Below, piece after piece: positions 40,450 to 52,173 of a stretch of 64,000 bases of DNA. Each line of letters starts with the position of its first letter. Positions within the stretch are counted from its first letter, which is position 1. The stretch is from Geosiphon pyriformis uo1 (Eukaryota > Fungi > Glomeromycota): contig JAAOMT010000200.1 of NCBI GenBank assembly GCA_016748015.1, forward strand, positions 866,984-930,983, in the 5' to 3' direction. Under the pieces are notes generated by a model, which saw only the letters and a list, made by a program, of their open reading frames with translations, was not told where the DNA came from and searched no databases. The translations under genes and the position numbers were made by a program.

Positions 40450-41021
40450 TTACCCTCCGACCTTGATGAAAAATTTAAAGATCAATTATTAAACATTGTA
40501 GAATCTGGTAAATGAATATGTCCTTTATCACGTGGCCCGTTCCTTATAAATTCCATCGAAATTAGGGAAAAACAATTTAATTAAGTATCTTTTGTCAAAT
40601 ATCATATTTTCAAATGGCAATTGAAGGAGCTTATCCAAGGTAAATTTAAAAGGAATGCCACGATGCATTCTAGAATAAAAATTAGTGCCATCCTCAAATA
40701 AAACTCCAATATAGTGAACAGCTATAGTCTCGCTTAAAAAACTGTACCATTTTGCTGGCTGACATAAAATTTGCCTTGGCTTATTCTTACACTTCTCTCT
40801 TTCGTCTTTAGTCTTTTTATTACATTTCTCTTCTGAAGTGTGCTCTAGTGAAAAAGTTTAGAAAGAGCATCCAAAATAAATTTAGAAATAACAGTTTTTA
40901 CAGATTATAAGAAAATTTCCCCACTAGTCTGAAGGTTTTGGGTGGCGCTTGGAATTTACAAATGTAATGAGGGAATAAACAAAAGTAAAGAAGGCTAAGA
41001 ATAAAGGTCAAGTACTTACAT
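40450..41021 (-). pseudogene. FKBP-type peptidyl-prolyl isomerase pseudogene (secretory FKBP13/Fpr2-like)
   Basis: Minus-strand fragments APPKT, HTSEEKCNKKTKD, ETIAVHYIGVLFEDGTNFYSRMHRGIPFKFTL, GTGHVIK; frameshifts and damaged splice sites. Confidence 0.75.
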
Positions 41022-41098
41022 TCTTAGATTAAGTTATTAAACGGAAGATTGGAAGGCAAAAAACCTAACACATCAATAATAGGTAATACCAAGTATTG

Positions 41099-42620
41099 TT
41101 AAATAACACTCATCAAGCAATCCCCGGAGGAAGATCCCGGCAGTTGTACACATTGGACCTTCCGATTCTTTGGATTTTGCCATATTACAAGTCTTGGATT
41201 GTAAGCTTCGTTCTGGATAATAATACGGACCCCTAATTCCTTAACCTTGCTGATTAGACGTTGTCGAAAACAATAATGTCCCCAACAATGCATTTTCCAA
41301 ACAGTTTTTCGTGTAATCTTTCTTGTCTTGCGATTCACTATCTCTGAAACTTCAAAAGGAGGAAATGACAATGGCATCGAATTCGGGAAAAAATCTAACT
41401 GATTTCCAGTGATTTCACTTTGCATACATACAGCTTTTCGCCACACTCGAAATCGCCTTATCGAGTCGCCAGGCCATTTATTTTTACATTTTGAGGAGGA
41501 TACTAATAAATTATTCTTTTTGCAGATTATATCATCCAAGTATTTGCAAATGCCAACATAGGTCCAATAGAATGTTCACCAATCTTATATGCACCGTTTG
41601 TGGGAGAGTACCATGTAAAAGGTGTATAAGCTCCAGAATTAAATAGAGACTGTATGAACAGAGCTATTCGCTTGGGTTTCGCAGAGCTGTTTTTATGTCT
41701 CATATACTCAGACTAATTCTACTCATTAATTTTGCGAGAATAAGTGAGCTTGCCATCCGACATTATCTGGTGAAAAACCGGCCGCTATTATTATGTCTCT
41801 TTTTTCCGAAATGAAAAGGCCTTATCATTATCCAGAATGATGGTACGCTTATAACAATGTGTGTAAGCATCATCGGATTATGGAGATAAGTGACATAGAA
41901 ACGTTTCTATGTGGATTTCGAAAATTTCTGTGCACGAATTGTCAGTTTGTCGCAGATCTTTCAAGATCGAAATGATAGTGTGTTGATAGGCCTTGCCGAT
42001 TCGCATTACACTTAATCACTTCTTCCTTAGCAATAAATACTTCATCAATTTTATCAGTGGGCGCTTTGCCGTGCACACTCCAAAACATTCTGAGACACAC
42101 AACAGTTCGGATGAACTTGCGCTCATCCCATGTTCGGAGTTTTTTGTCTTCGTTTTCATTAACTTAATTTCCAGGCAGAAATCTGTTTAAAGCTCAAGTT
42201 ATCTTGATGGATTGAGTCTTCATCCAAGAGTGTTGATATGGGTGATGTCGACACTATTAGACAACGATACTATAAGCAAATCTCGTCAAGCCCAGCCACC
42301 GCTTCAAGAGCTGCTTTTGAAGATGTTTTAGATACACCTTGATTAATAGTGAATTGTTGAGAATATCTGATATTGCTACGAGCTGTTATGCGTTTTTCGT
42401 CTGCTATGATGCTCCCGTCAATAGCAGCCAGCTGCATGCGACAGATAAAGACTGTGTTGATAAAAATGTTTATGAAGAGGTCGGCAAAGTATATCCTGGT
42501 GGGTGACCACAACTTTCGAGACCATTCCGCGACTTGTTCGTAGGTGGGAAATCGAGAGAGAAGTTGCTTTGTCGCTCGATCCTCTTTTGCTTTGCACTAG
42601 AGACACGGGTATAGAGTTAA
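41099..42620 (-). mobile_element. Decayed Fanzor/TnpB-like RNA-guided nuclease gene
   Basis: Fragments EWSRKLWSPT, QKLRTW, RuvC-I-like SLFNSGAYTPFTWY, KITRKTVWKMHCWGHYCFRQRLISKVKELGVRIIIQNEAY, SKTC, VYNC, GIFLRGLLD; multiple frameshifts. Confidence 0.7.
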
Positions 42621-42702
42621 TCTTTCTTGGTGGCAGAGGTGGTGAAGATGGTATCAGATGAGGTATTTATTTTCGCAAATCTTTTCTATTGGTTAAATCC
42701 AA

Positions 42703-45700
42703 ATGTTAATCATTGATTGGCTTCATCATTCGATAATTTTTTGTTTGCTTCCTTGCTTTATGGTATTCTCTGGACAAAAGCTGTCAATGTCACCAGTGCA
42801 AAAAACGCTATTCTCTTTTATACAGATTCAGCGCCTTCTATCAAAGTCTCATACTAATTCAAGGACATTGAAACATCAAGCATCCTCTAATTGTTCACGC
42901 TCTCAGCGACTCATTAATAAAGACCGCTACTATATTCTCTCTCTGAGGGTTACTTGTAAATTTCGTCCTGGGGATTTCTTCCTGTCTCCACCAACAGGAA
43001 TTAGTCGTTTTTTGAGTACAAACTGTAGCGCTGAACTCCAGGTTAACAAAGTACCAGACCTGGATAAGTCGAATATTCCTTGGACAGTAAAATGTTTTCT
43101 TGCCCTTCTGAATGAATGTGCCAATCAGGCTCATAAAGAGCGACAAATTGACCCAAATGTGATGAACGTCATGTGGGACTTATATGTCTCAATTGAATCG
43201 CAAGAAAAAGTATTTTTGAAGTTGGATGATTTCAATCTATTTATCTATATATTAAAACATTATGATCACAAAATCAAGCAACAACCATCAAAATTGATCA
43301 AGATTCTAGATGATATCAAGGAAGTCAAGCTGAAGTTTGGGAGGCAGCACTACAATACTTTGATTCAAGCACTAGGATGGAAAAAAGATCTAGCAGGTGC
43401 ACTAATGGTTTTCCTCGAACTACAATCTCATAGATTTCCACCAAATGGAGTGACTTTCGATTCATTAATGGATGCGTTCCTCTCGAGTTTTAATCACAAG
43501 GAGGCCATGAAATTATATCGGGGGCTCAAAGATCCCATTATCCCACAGGATGTTCCCATAAAATTTTTCATCAAACTTCTTAAGTTTCAATGTGATCGAG
43601 GCTATCTGAAGTCTGCGATCTCAATATATAAAGATATGATAGAGGCAGATCGACAACCCTCGATCTACGTAGCCAACGTAATCTTGAGTGCAATATGTGA
43701 ACATAATGATTTGACGACAGGCTTACAATTTTTTCGAGATAATTATCCCCCAAACGCAGCAAAAATTGCTTCTAGTTACAATATTCTTCTTACTACTGCA
43801 CTCCAAAATGACGAACGCATTATGATCCTTCAAATTTGGAAAGAAATGGTAGACAACGAAGTGGAACCAGATATAATTTCATATACACTTCTAATGCGAC
43901 TTCATCTCCGCGAATTGAAGCTCAGAGAAGCTCTCGATGTTTACACAGAGATGCTTAAAATAAATATTATTCCAGACTCTCCTATATTCCGGATTTTGGT
44001 TCAAGCGTGTGTTTTCAAGGAAGAGTGGAAACCTATGTTGCCATTTATTTGTGAAGAAATGAAACAATTCGATTTCATTGATCAGAGTTCTTTGACATAT
44101 AATATTGTTCTCAAAGCTCTTACTCAGCTTGGAATCAAGTTCGCCCAACGCGTTATGTATGATTTAATTTGTGCTGGATTATCTGTTGACAGTAGATCCC
44201 CTAAAGCTTTGATTGAAGAATACGTGTCTCGTAATGATTTACCAAGTGCCTCTCAAATCTTACAACGCTGCCAATCTCATAACATCCTCCCTGATCAACA
44301 AACATATGAAATTTTAATTCGTGCTTATATACGTGAAGGGAATATTTTACAAGTCCAAAAATACTATAGCGAATTTATTAGCAACAATAATCGCGATTTC
44401 CCTCAGAGAGCTTGGCCGAAACAAAACGATGACATATCCGGTATAAACGAATTTCTCAAATTATGTTCAAAAAACAAATTGAAATTCGGGATCGATTTCT
44501 TTGAACATATCCAAAAGCTTGGCTTCAAGGGAAACACAATGACGTACACCATATTAGTTCAATTTTTACTGGATTTAGGGCGTCGTGAAGACAATAAACT
44601 TTTAGCACGCATATACGAAAATGCATCTACCTCAAATATACAATTTCCTCTTGATATATATAATCTTTTATTGCGCCGGTTTATAATTACACGAAACACA
44701 ATATGCATGCATAAAGTCTTCGAGGATATGATGCATGCCAATCTTGAGCCCGATTCCGAAACATTCAGGGTTTTAGTAGACGGATTTAACAAATTTTCAG
44801 AAGCTGATGTATTGGAAATAGTTTATGATAAATTAAAAAAATCATTCAGTGCCAAATTGAGTAGAATTAATTACAATGGATTTATTTATGGATTCTGCCG
44901 GAATTCTAGAATGAATCTGGCTTATAAGGTATATACGGATATGCGCACGTCCGGATTGTCTCCTGATGTTATAACCTTTAGCCACTTAATCAACGGTTAC
45001 GCGAGTGAGAAAGATATTAAATCAGCACATCTGATATTCAGCGATATGCCCTTATCAGGAATTAAACCGACGATCGATATCTACCAATCTCTCATAAATG
45101 GATATATAAACTTATCACTACCATCAAAAGCCATCCAATTATATGAGGATCTGGCCAAAGTACAACCCTTTCTGATCGATAATTCGATTTATCATAATAT
45201 TATTTCGGCGTGCCTTCAAACATCAAACTTTGGGCTTGCTAACGAATTACTTAACAAAATGGAAAAAGACACAACCCCTTCCAAGAGATTCACTGGGGTC
45301 ATTATTCAAAGCATTGATCGTCAAGATCTTGGGACGGCTATTTTTATATTTGAACATATGGTAATAAAAAAAATAGAAATCACTTTATTATTATGCCAAC
45401 ATCTCGTAGAAGCTTTGTCGAAACACTCTGAATTTCCTTTGGTCCGTCGTTTATACCGTTATTTGGTAGCCCGTAAAGGTAGACGTAAAGTGCTGTTAAG
45501 TATGGCCCTCTTAAATTCTGTTATTAAATGCGCATCGATGACAAAACATACTAGATATGCTAAAAGGGTTCTCGAAGATTTACTGCGCTTTGGTTTCACA
45601 CCTTCGACTGAGACAATGAATGCCTTTATAAGTGGTCCGATCAGAGCAGGACACATTGAAGAAGCGAAAAAATTGATGGATAAAATGCGAGCTCTTTATA

Positions 45701-46497
45701 ATATCGCACCAAATACAGAAACTTTCTCGATGATGATCAATTCGTTGGTACATCGCGGTCAACTCGGAGAAGCAATGGCAGTATTGCGGTCAATGAAGCA
45801 AATTGACATTAGACCTAATATTGCAATATTCAATTCAATTTTTGACGGATATATTCACAGTTGCCCCTGGCGTGTTGCCTTACGTGTATTAGAACAACTA
45901 TTACGAGAGTATCCATTCAAACCTGATATTGGAACTGCCAACATTCTATGTGAATTTTTGATCAAGAAAAGATCTAGATCGTTACTAAAATTACGTGAAT
46001 TATATAATTGTTTGCATGGACGTGGCATGGAAGTTTTCATGAAAAATGAGATCGGGGCAGTAAAGGAACAAGTCAGTGAGTCGCCTCTAGTAAACGGACC
46101 TTCAAGGCTAGATTCTCCTTCTTTGGAAGTTGGAAAACCCTATCAAGATTTAATTTCACATGATAAAACCAATTTCCAAGATTTTGCCAGCGATCACCAG
46201 ATATTTGATTTACTTTTTAAAATTACAAAAATTCGAGTCAAAAATAAAAAATCTGTTTCCACAAATCAGCAAAATTTAAATGAGCTCATCGATGAACATC
46301 AAAAGACCCCCAAGAATGAAACACTCAATGAAATAATAGATTTATATTTCCAAGTAAGCAAAGAATCCTTAAAATCACTTACGTTGACTCGATCTACATA
46401 TGTAAAGTTCTTGAAAGCCTTCTGGAAATATGAAGATGTGAGTGCAACTCGGCAAGTCTTTGCAGATATGAGAAAAAGAAAAAAATTAATATTATAA
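42703..46497 (+). CDS. Pentatricopeptide-repeat (PPR) protein, probably mitochondrial; likely true start ATG at 42787
   Basis: 1264-codon ORF with many 35-aa PPR motifs (e.g. INYNGFIYGFCRNSRMNLAYKVYTDMRTSGLSPDVITFSHLINGY); Arg/Ser-rich, acid-free N-terminus from M29. Confidence 0.92.
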   Translation: MLIIDWLHHSIIFCLLPCFMVFSGQKLSMSPVQKTLFSFIQIQRLLSKSHTNSRTLKHQASSNCSRSQRLINKDRYYILSLRVTCKFRPGDFFLSPPTGISRFLSTNCSAELQVNKVPDLDKSNIPWTVKCFLALLNECANQAHKERQIDPNVMNVMWDLYVSIESQEKVFLKLDDFNLFIYILKHYDHKIKQQPSKLIKILDDIKEVKLKFGRQHYNTLIQALGWKKDLAGALMVFLELQSHRFPPNGVTFDSLMDAFLSSFNHKEAMKLYRGLKDPIIPQDVPIKFFIKLLKFQCDRGYLKSAISIYKDMIEADRQPSIYVANVILSAICEHNDLTTGLQFFRDNYPPNAAKIASSYNILLTTALQNDERIMILQIWKEMVDNEVEPDIISYTLLMRLHLRELKLREALDVYTEMLKINIIPDSPIFRILVQACVFKEEWKPMLPFICEEMKQFDFIDQSSLTYNIVLKALTQLGIKFAQRVMYDLICAGLSVDSRSPKALIEEYVSRNDLPSASQILQRCQSHNILPDQQTYEILIRAYIREGNILQVQKYYSEFISNNNRDFPQRAWPKQNDDISGINEFLKLCSKNKLKFGIDFFEHIQKLGFKGNTMTYTILVQFLLDLGRREDNKLLARIYENASTSNIQFPLDIYNLLLRRFIITRNTICMHKVFEDMMHANLEPDSETFRVLVDGFNKFSEADVLEIVYDKLKKSFSAKLSRINYNGFIYGFCRNSRMNLAYKVYTDMRTSGLSPDVITFSHLINGYASEKDIKSAHLIFSDMPLSGIKPTIDIYQSLINGYINLSLPSKAIQLYEDLAKVQPFLIDNSIYHNIISACLQTSNFGLANELLNKMEKDTTPSKRFTGVIIQSIDRQDLGTAIFIFEHMVIKKIEITLLLCQHLVEALSKHSEFPLVRRLYRYLVARKGRRKVLLSMALLNSVIKCASMTKHTRYAKRVLEDLLRFGFTPSTETMNAFISGPIRAGHIEEAKKLMDKMRALYNIAPNTETFSMMINSLVHRGQLGEAMAVLRSMKQIDIRPNIAIFNSIFDGYIHSCPWRVALRVLEQLLREYPFKPDIGTANILCEFLIKKRSRSLLKLRELYNCLHGRGMEVFMKNEIGAVKEQVSESPLVNGPSRLDSPSLEVGKPYQDLISHDKTNFQDFASDHQIFDLLFKITKIRVKNKKSVSTNQQNLNELIDEHQKTPKNETLNEIIDLYFQVSKESLKSLTLTRSTYVKFLKAFWKYEDVSATRQVFADMRKRKKLIL

Positions 46498-49400
46498 AAC
46501 AAAGGAGTCAAATTCCTGATTTGAAAGATCTCCATGAGCAATTATCTTGCACGCAGGCCCCAACTATTAAGAGATTATCATGTGCAAGAGCGTGAATAGT
46601 GCCACAACAAACTCCCCGTGATTGGATAACAATTATATTAGAGTCTCGGGGTCCAAGTTATAATTATACAGGTTTTCTTTTTTTAACTGTCTAAACAAGA
46701 CTTGTTAGTTAGATCCAAGATTGCGACGATATCTTCTTTGAAGTGTGTTTGTAGGATAACAATAAATTGAGCATTAAATTCACATGATAAAATTTATCTT
46801 TTATTATTTTACCAGAAGGCTATATCAAGCCAGTTCGAGGTTTTAAGATAATTTCCTTATTAATATAAATTTTATTTTCATATATATTTACAAATGGTGT
46901 TTAAAAGGAAAATTTTAAATCAGTCAATTACCTAAAATATATTAGCATTTTTTTATTTCTGTGATATTATTTTAGTCTGATAATTAAACACAAAAGACAT
47001 CACATTTTAATTGTTATTGTTTTTTTAAAAATACAATTACAAATATTTATATTTATTACATTTAAAAAGATATAGAATTTAATTAATATTATTTGTATTA
47101 ATTAAAAAACTATTTTATACTTTGCCAGAATTTAAATTTACAAAATTAATCTTTAAATATACATGTTTTTAAAAAAAGAAATTAACATCAAAAATACCAA
47201 ACCATTTAATGCTGTAATAATATATTACTATATAAGATTTTAAGAAATTGCTTAAAAATTCTGGGTTTTCAAACACAAAAAAAGAATAATATTTGTTAAT
47301 AAGAAATAAAATTATTTTAGAACAAATAAAGTCTATTTTAAGTTAAAATTGCTTATGTTTGTATAGTTACAAATTATGTATATATATATAATAATTTTTA
47401 ATTTAAAAAATATATATTTAATAATTTTATTTATTTAAAATATTAATTTATTATTTTATTATTTTAATAACATAATTAATATTAAAATAACAATTTTTTC
47501 TTGCTTAAAAACACTAATTTATTATATTAACAGCTGAGATTATTACATTATAAAAACAAATTGGACAATTAATTTACTAAACCTAATATTATAAACAAAA
47601 CTTTAAATTAGCAATTAGTCAACTAACAAAATTCACTTTATAATAATTGGAAAAAAATTGGTTGCTGACTTAATTTTGTTAATGTTTGGCAATAAAAATA
47701 ATACTAAAACTGTTTTTAGTAAAAAATTTTAATAACAATTTTACAATAGAGCTAATATTTAATTACCAGTTTATTGCCAAAAAAAAATTAAAGTTGTTGC
47801 TTTTTTAAAATAAATATGTGTTTGATTTCGAAAATTTTTAAATTAATTGGTAAAAAATCAAAATTTATTATATTTTTTAATAGTGTTTTTTAATGATAAA
47901 TAATCAAAGTTAATTGATTTAAATTTTTAAAACTAAATACTTATAATTATATTTTATGTCAAAATTTTTTGATCTACAGTATAGTATTAATTAATATTAA
48001 TATTTTTATTTATCATATGTTAATTTGTTATTTAATTCACCTTTTTATTTTGAACTTAATTGTTAACATAAAAATTAATTAGGTTTGATTTAATTTCTTA
48101 TTAAATTTATAGATAAAAGCTCTAGAGAAACATAAATAAAATATTTTATAACAAACTTATTTTCAGATTAAATGAGATTTTTTTTATATAATTTATTAAA
48201 AAATAATAATAATAAAAACTTGTATCAAAAGATATTATATATGTTAAATATAAGATAGAATTGTATTTATAGTATGATTTTATTAGTATTTTAATAGAAT
48301 TCAAATCTTTAGAAATTAATTATTATTATTTTGCTAAAGGTATAGCCCAACCATAATGATCTCTTACGATACTATATCATACATTAGACTTTGATTGCGC
48401 GTGACAGTTTGTTATTTTTGCTAAAATTAATATATTCTTTTTTGTTAAATTTTTATTTTATTATTATTTTTTTAAAAACAATTAAATTTCTTGATGTATA
48501 AAAAAATAAGCTTTTTATTATTGAAATCAAAATTTTAATACACAGCATAAAAAAAATTTTTAAAACTTTAAAAAATTTGTTCAATGAAATTGTTACCTCG
48601 TTAAAACACAAAATATTATTTAAAAAATAAAAAACTTTGTTTGTAATCTGTAAAAAACAAATGTTATTTGTTACTAATTCCAAAAAATACCAATTAAAGC
48701 ATAAAATTACAATAATTATATAACTTTTTATTAACTACTTTATATTTTTAAAATTTTTTGGTAATCAACAATGTTTTTTTTAGTTAATTATTCTTATTTA
48801 TATATTAATATATTTTTTATTTATATTAATTATATAACTCTTTTAATAATAATTTTTTAATTAAAACAATAATATTTATTGTTTTTTTATTTTACTTAAA
48901 TATTGCTATTTATAATAATTTAATTAGATTACTTAATATTTATTTATTTTTTCAAAAACAGAATTTTTATAAATATAAAAACAATAAAAGATTTTAATTT
49001 GCAATAAATATATATTTTTTTAATATGATATATTAATAATTATTTTATTATTTATAAATAAAATGCAAAATATATTAAATATAATTAATTTAAATTGAGT
49101 TTTTTTAAATAGAAAACAATTTAAACCAAACCAAAAATATTAAAATTAAACTCATACAGTAAATATGTGATTTAATGTTTCTGAATTTATAAATTTTTAT
49201 TAAAAATAAGTAATAAAACTATTTAATCAAAAATACATTTTTTAAAAAAAATTTATTAATCAATACTATATTACAAAAATATAGAAAATTTATTTTAATT
49301 TAAATACAATAATAATGTAATATATAAAATTTGATAACAAATTCTGAACAAAATTGTTGAAAATTACTTGAAAATATTGTTATTATAAGTTAAATATTAA

Positions 49401-50856
49401 AAAAAATAACAAATTAATGTTAATTTCTATTAAATAGGTTTTTATATCAAAAGTAACATTTTTAAAAATTTAATATCAAATATCAGTTGTACTTTTTAGT
49501 AAACATTTATTTAATATACTTCACAAAAACTAACAATTATACAAATTAAAATAATAATAATAATAATAAAATAAAATATTTAATATTATTATATTAATTT
49601 GAGTGTAAATTTAAATATAAATGATCTTTTTATAACTTTAAAAAGTCTTGCTTATATATTTTTAAAAATAGAATGGTTAATTAATAATATTAGTGGTTAA
49701 TACATATGATTATTTATGACTAAGTAAATAAATAAAAATTATAAAGTAAAAAATTCATCTGTAACAATATAAATATTTAAATATATATTCAAATTTGCTT
49801 TATTTTTTGATTTTAATTATTGTTAAAAATATTTATTATTATGTTCAAGTTTAAAAAATTATAATTGTTAAAGCTAATATTTAAAATAATTGTATTTGGT
49901 AAAAAACTTTTAAATATTAATATAATTATAAATATTAAAGTAAAAATTATTTGGTTTTTAATGCAAAATTACTTTTTTTGATTTCTTAAATTTATTGAAA
50001 TTTTAGTTGCTCAAAATATTCTTTCACTGGTTATTAAGCTTAAATCTTTTGTAAAAATAAAAAACAATTTTTTTTTGGAAATTCAAATACAAAACTTTAA
50101 TAATATTATTAATATACTAATAAATAAATAATAATGAACCATTAATAAATAATGTATATTTAGATAATTAATAATTCTATACAAATTTGTAAACTTCTAA
50201 AATTAAATTTAGCAAAAAAATACAAGAATCTAAATAAAAAAATTTGATTAATAATAAAATTCAAAATTATTTTATTAATAAATATGCAAAAAGACATTTT
50301 ATAATTTATAATAATATATAGCATACATACATATTTTATAAATTTTTAAAATTTAGAGGTATTTATTAATTTCCATGTAAAATTAATATAATCCAAAAAG
50401 GATTATATATATTTTAAATAAATTTATTTTAAATATTAAAAACAGGTGAAAACCCAAATACAACAATTTCATATGTAATAATTTTATAAAAATCTTAAAA
50501 TACATCACAATTATAATATATTCGTTATAGTATGAATAAAATATTTAATAAAATAATTTCTTTAAAAACTTTTGTAATATGTTTTTTATTGGATAGAAAT
50601 TATTTTATTTTTATGATATTATGCAAGTAAATTGAAAAAGTTTTTAAAATTAAACCTGTAAAATTTGAATTATAATTATATAAAAAACAAATAAAAAATA
50701 GATTAAAATGTTCTTCAAAATAGTTATTTTTTCAAAAAAAGTTTTCTTATACCAGTATCGAGCTTTTTGCATCAAAGCATACTATAATTAAAGATATCAA
50801 ATATATATGTACGAAAATTTATAATAAAATAAAAAAAGAGCAATATATGATATTGA

Positions 50857-52173
50857 TCAGGATCCCGAATTTATCACGCATATATTCCAATTACATGTGC
50901 GGCTAGCTCGGATGTTTTTCCTGAGATACAAGTTTTCCTCGTGAGTTTTGTTTAACACAATGAACAACATCCTTTTCAAACTCGAGAAGTCATGTTTTAC
51001 GCCGCCCTCGTATTTATGATATTTGACAATTGTCTTATAGAGGTATGAGCGGGAAAGGAAAGTCAGAACTAGGTCTGGTCTAACCTCATTAAGGAAGATA
51101 GAGTTTACAAGATGAACGGTAGCCGAAGTGACTTTGACGAAGGGAAAAGTAAATGTGTCATCCGCCCGTCTTTCGAGACCTATGCTCTTTAGATGCGAGT
51201 CAAATGAAGTGTACCAATCGCTGTCAGTGCTGCGGCCATATTCATTGGGTGGTACATATTTTGGAGTTGCTACATATTTCGGAGTTGCTGGTGGATGAGG
51301 AACATATTCAAATATCGAACGTCTAAATCCACTCGTTTTTTCCATGATGTCGGATCCAATTTCTTTTCGGAATGAAAAATGACAGAGAACCAACATTAGT
51401 TTTGGGGAGATGACGTAAAAAAAATGGTAGGGAAATTGAATTGGACCAAAAATCCCCAGGGATTTATTCACTCCTTCGAAGGTGCCAAATCCGTGGCTGG
51501 TCATTATAAACTCGTCATTTTCACCGGCTTGCCAAATTACAAGAAAAGAATCATGCATGGACTGCTTGTAATCTTGTCTATCTACCCAAAAGATTCGCAA
51601 GCTGTCTTTGATCTCTTCATGCGGGGTCTCTAGTATTTCACGGATATTCTGTAACCACACTTCTTGAGTCTTTTTTAACTTGTGCTCTCGCATAAAGTCT
51701 TTTACCATCGACGAAGTGAAAATATCAAACTTTTCATTGGAAAATTGGGACCATCGAAGAGGGTTTCGATAGGCCATGATAAAGAGGAACTTGCGTAGAT
51801 TTTCAAGGTCTCTTCTAACCAAAACGATCTGACTTTCCACTTGAGATGTCTTTATAATATCTCTAACCACTCTTGATGCTTTTTCTTCAAGTTTTGATAG
51901 TTTTTCTTCTACATGCATCGCATCTTCATGATTAATATCTTTGTACATGTTATAGTATCCATAGGTTTTCGCGACTAAAGAGACGTCCAGTTTATCAATC
52001 GTTCTATCATAAATTCGGAGAAGTGCTTCTTCCTTATTCTTATTCCTAAATTTTTGTCTCTGTTTTTTCTCTTTGAATAGCTCTTCATTGCTCATAAATA
52101 TCCTCTCATAATTATTAATAGCAAAATTACGAAGAAGGAATCTTGGAATGTAGTGATGGTATTGATTTTGCAT
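50857..52173 (-). CDS. DUF4238-like protein, 438 aa, intronless (paralogue B)
   Basis: QYHHYIPRFLLRNF motif; 47 of the first 60 aa identical to paralogue A. Confidence 0.8.
   Translation of the reverse strand: MQNQYHHYIPRFLLRNFAINNYERIFMSNEELFKEKKQRQKFRNKNKEEALLRIYDRTIDKLDVSLVAKTYGYYNMYKDINHEDAMHVEEKLSKLEEKASRVVRDIIKTSQVESQIVLVRRDLENLRKFLFIMAYRNPLRWSQFSNEKFDIFTSSMVKDFMREHKLKKTQEVWLQNIREILETPHEEIKDSLRIFWVDRQDYKQSMHDSFLVIWQAGENDEFIMTSHGFGTFEGVNKSLGIFGPIQFPYHFFYVISPKLMLVLCHFSFRKEIGSDIMEKTSGFRRSIFEYVPHPPATPKYVATPKYVPPNEYGRSTDSDWYTSFDSHLKSIGLERRADDTFTFPFVKVTSATVHLVNSIFLNEVRPDLVLTFLSRSYLYKTIVKYHKYEGGVKHDFSSLKRMLFIVLNKTHEENLYLRKNIRASRTCNWNICVINSGS

Noticed and set aside
42895-46541. Antisense ORFs within the PPR gene (and likewise within the DUF4238, lipase and 7TM genes)
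   Set aside because: Shadow ORFs of real genes with no independent support.
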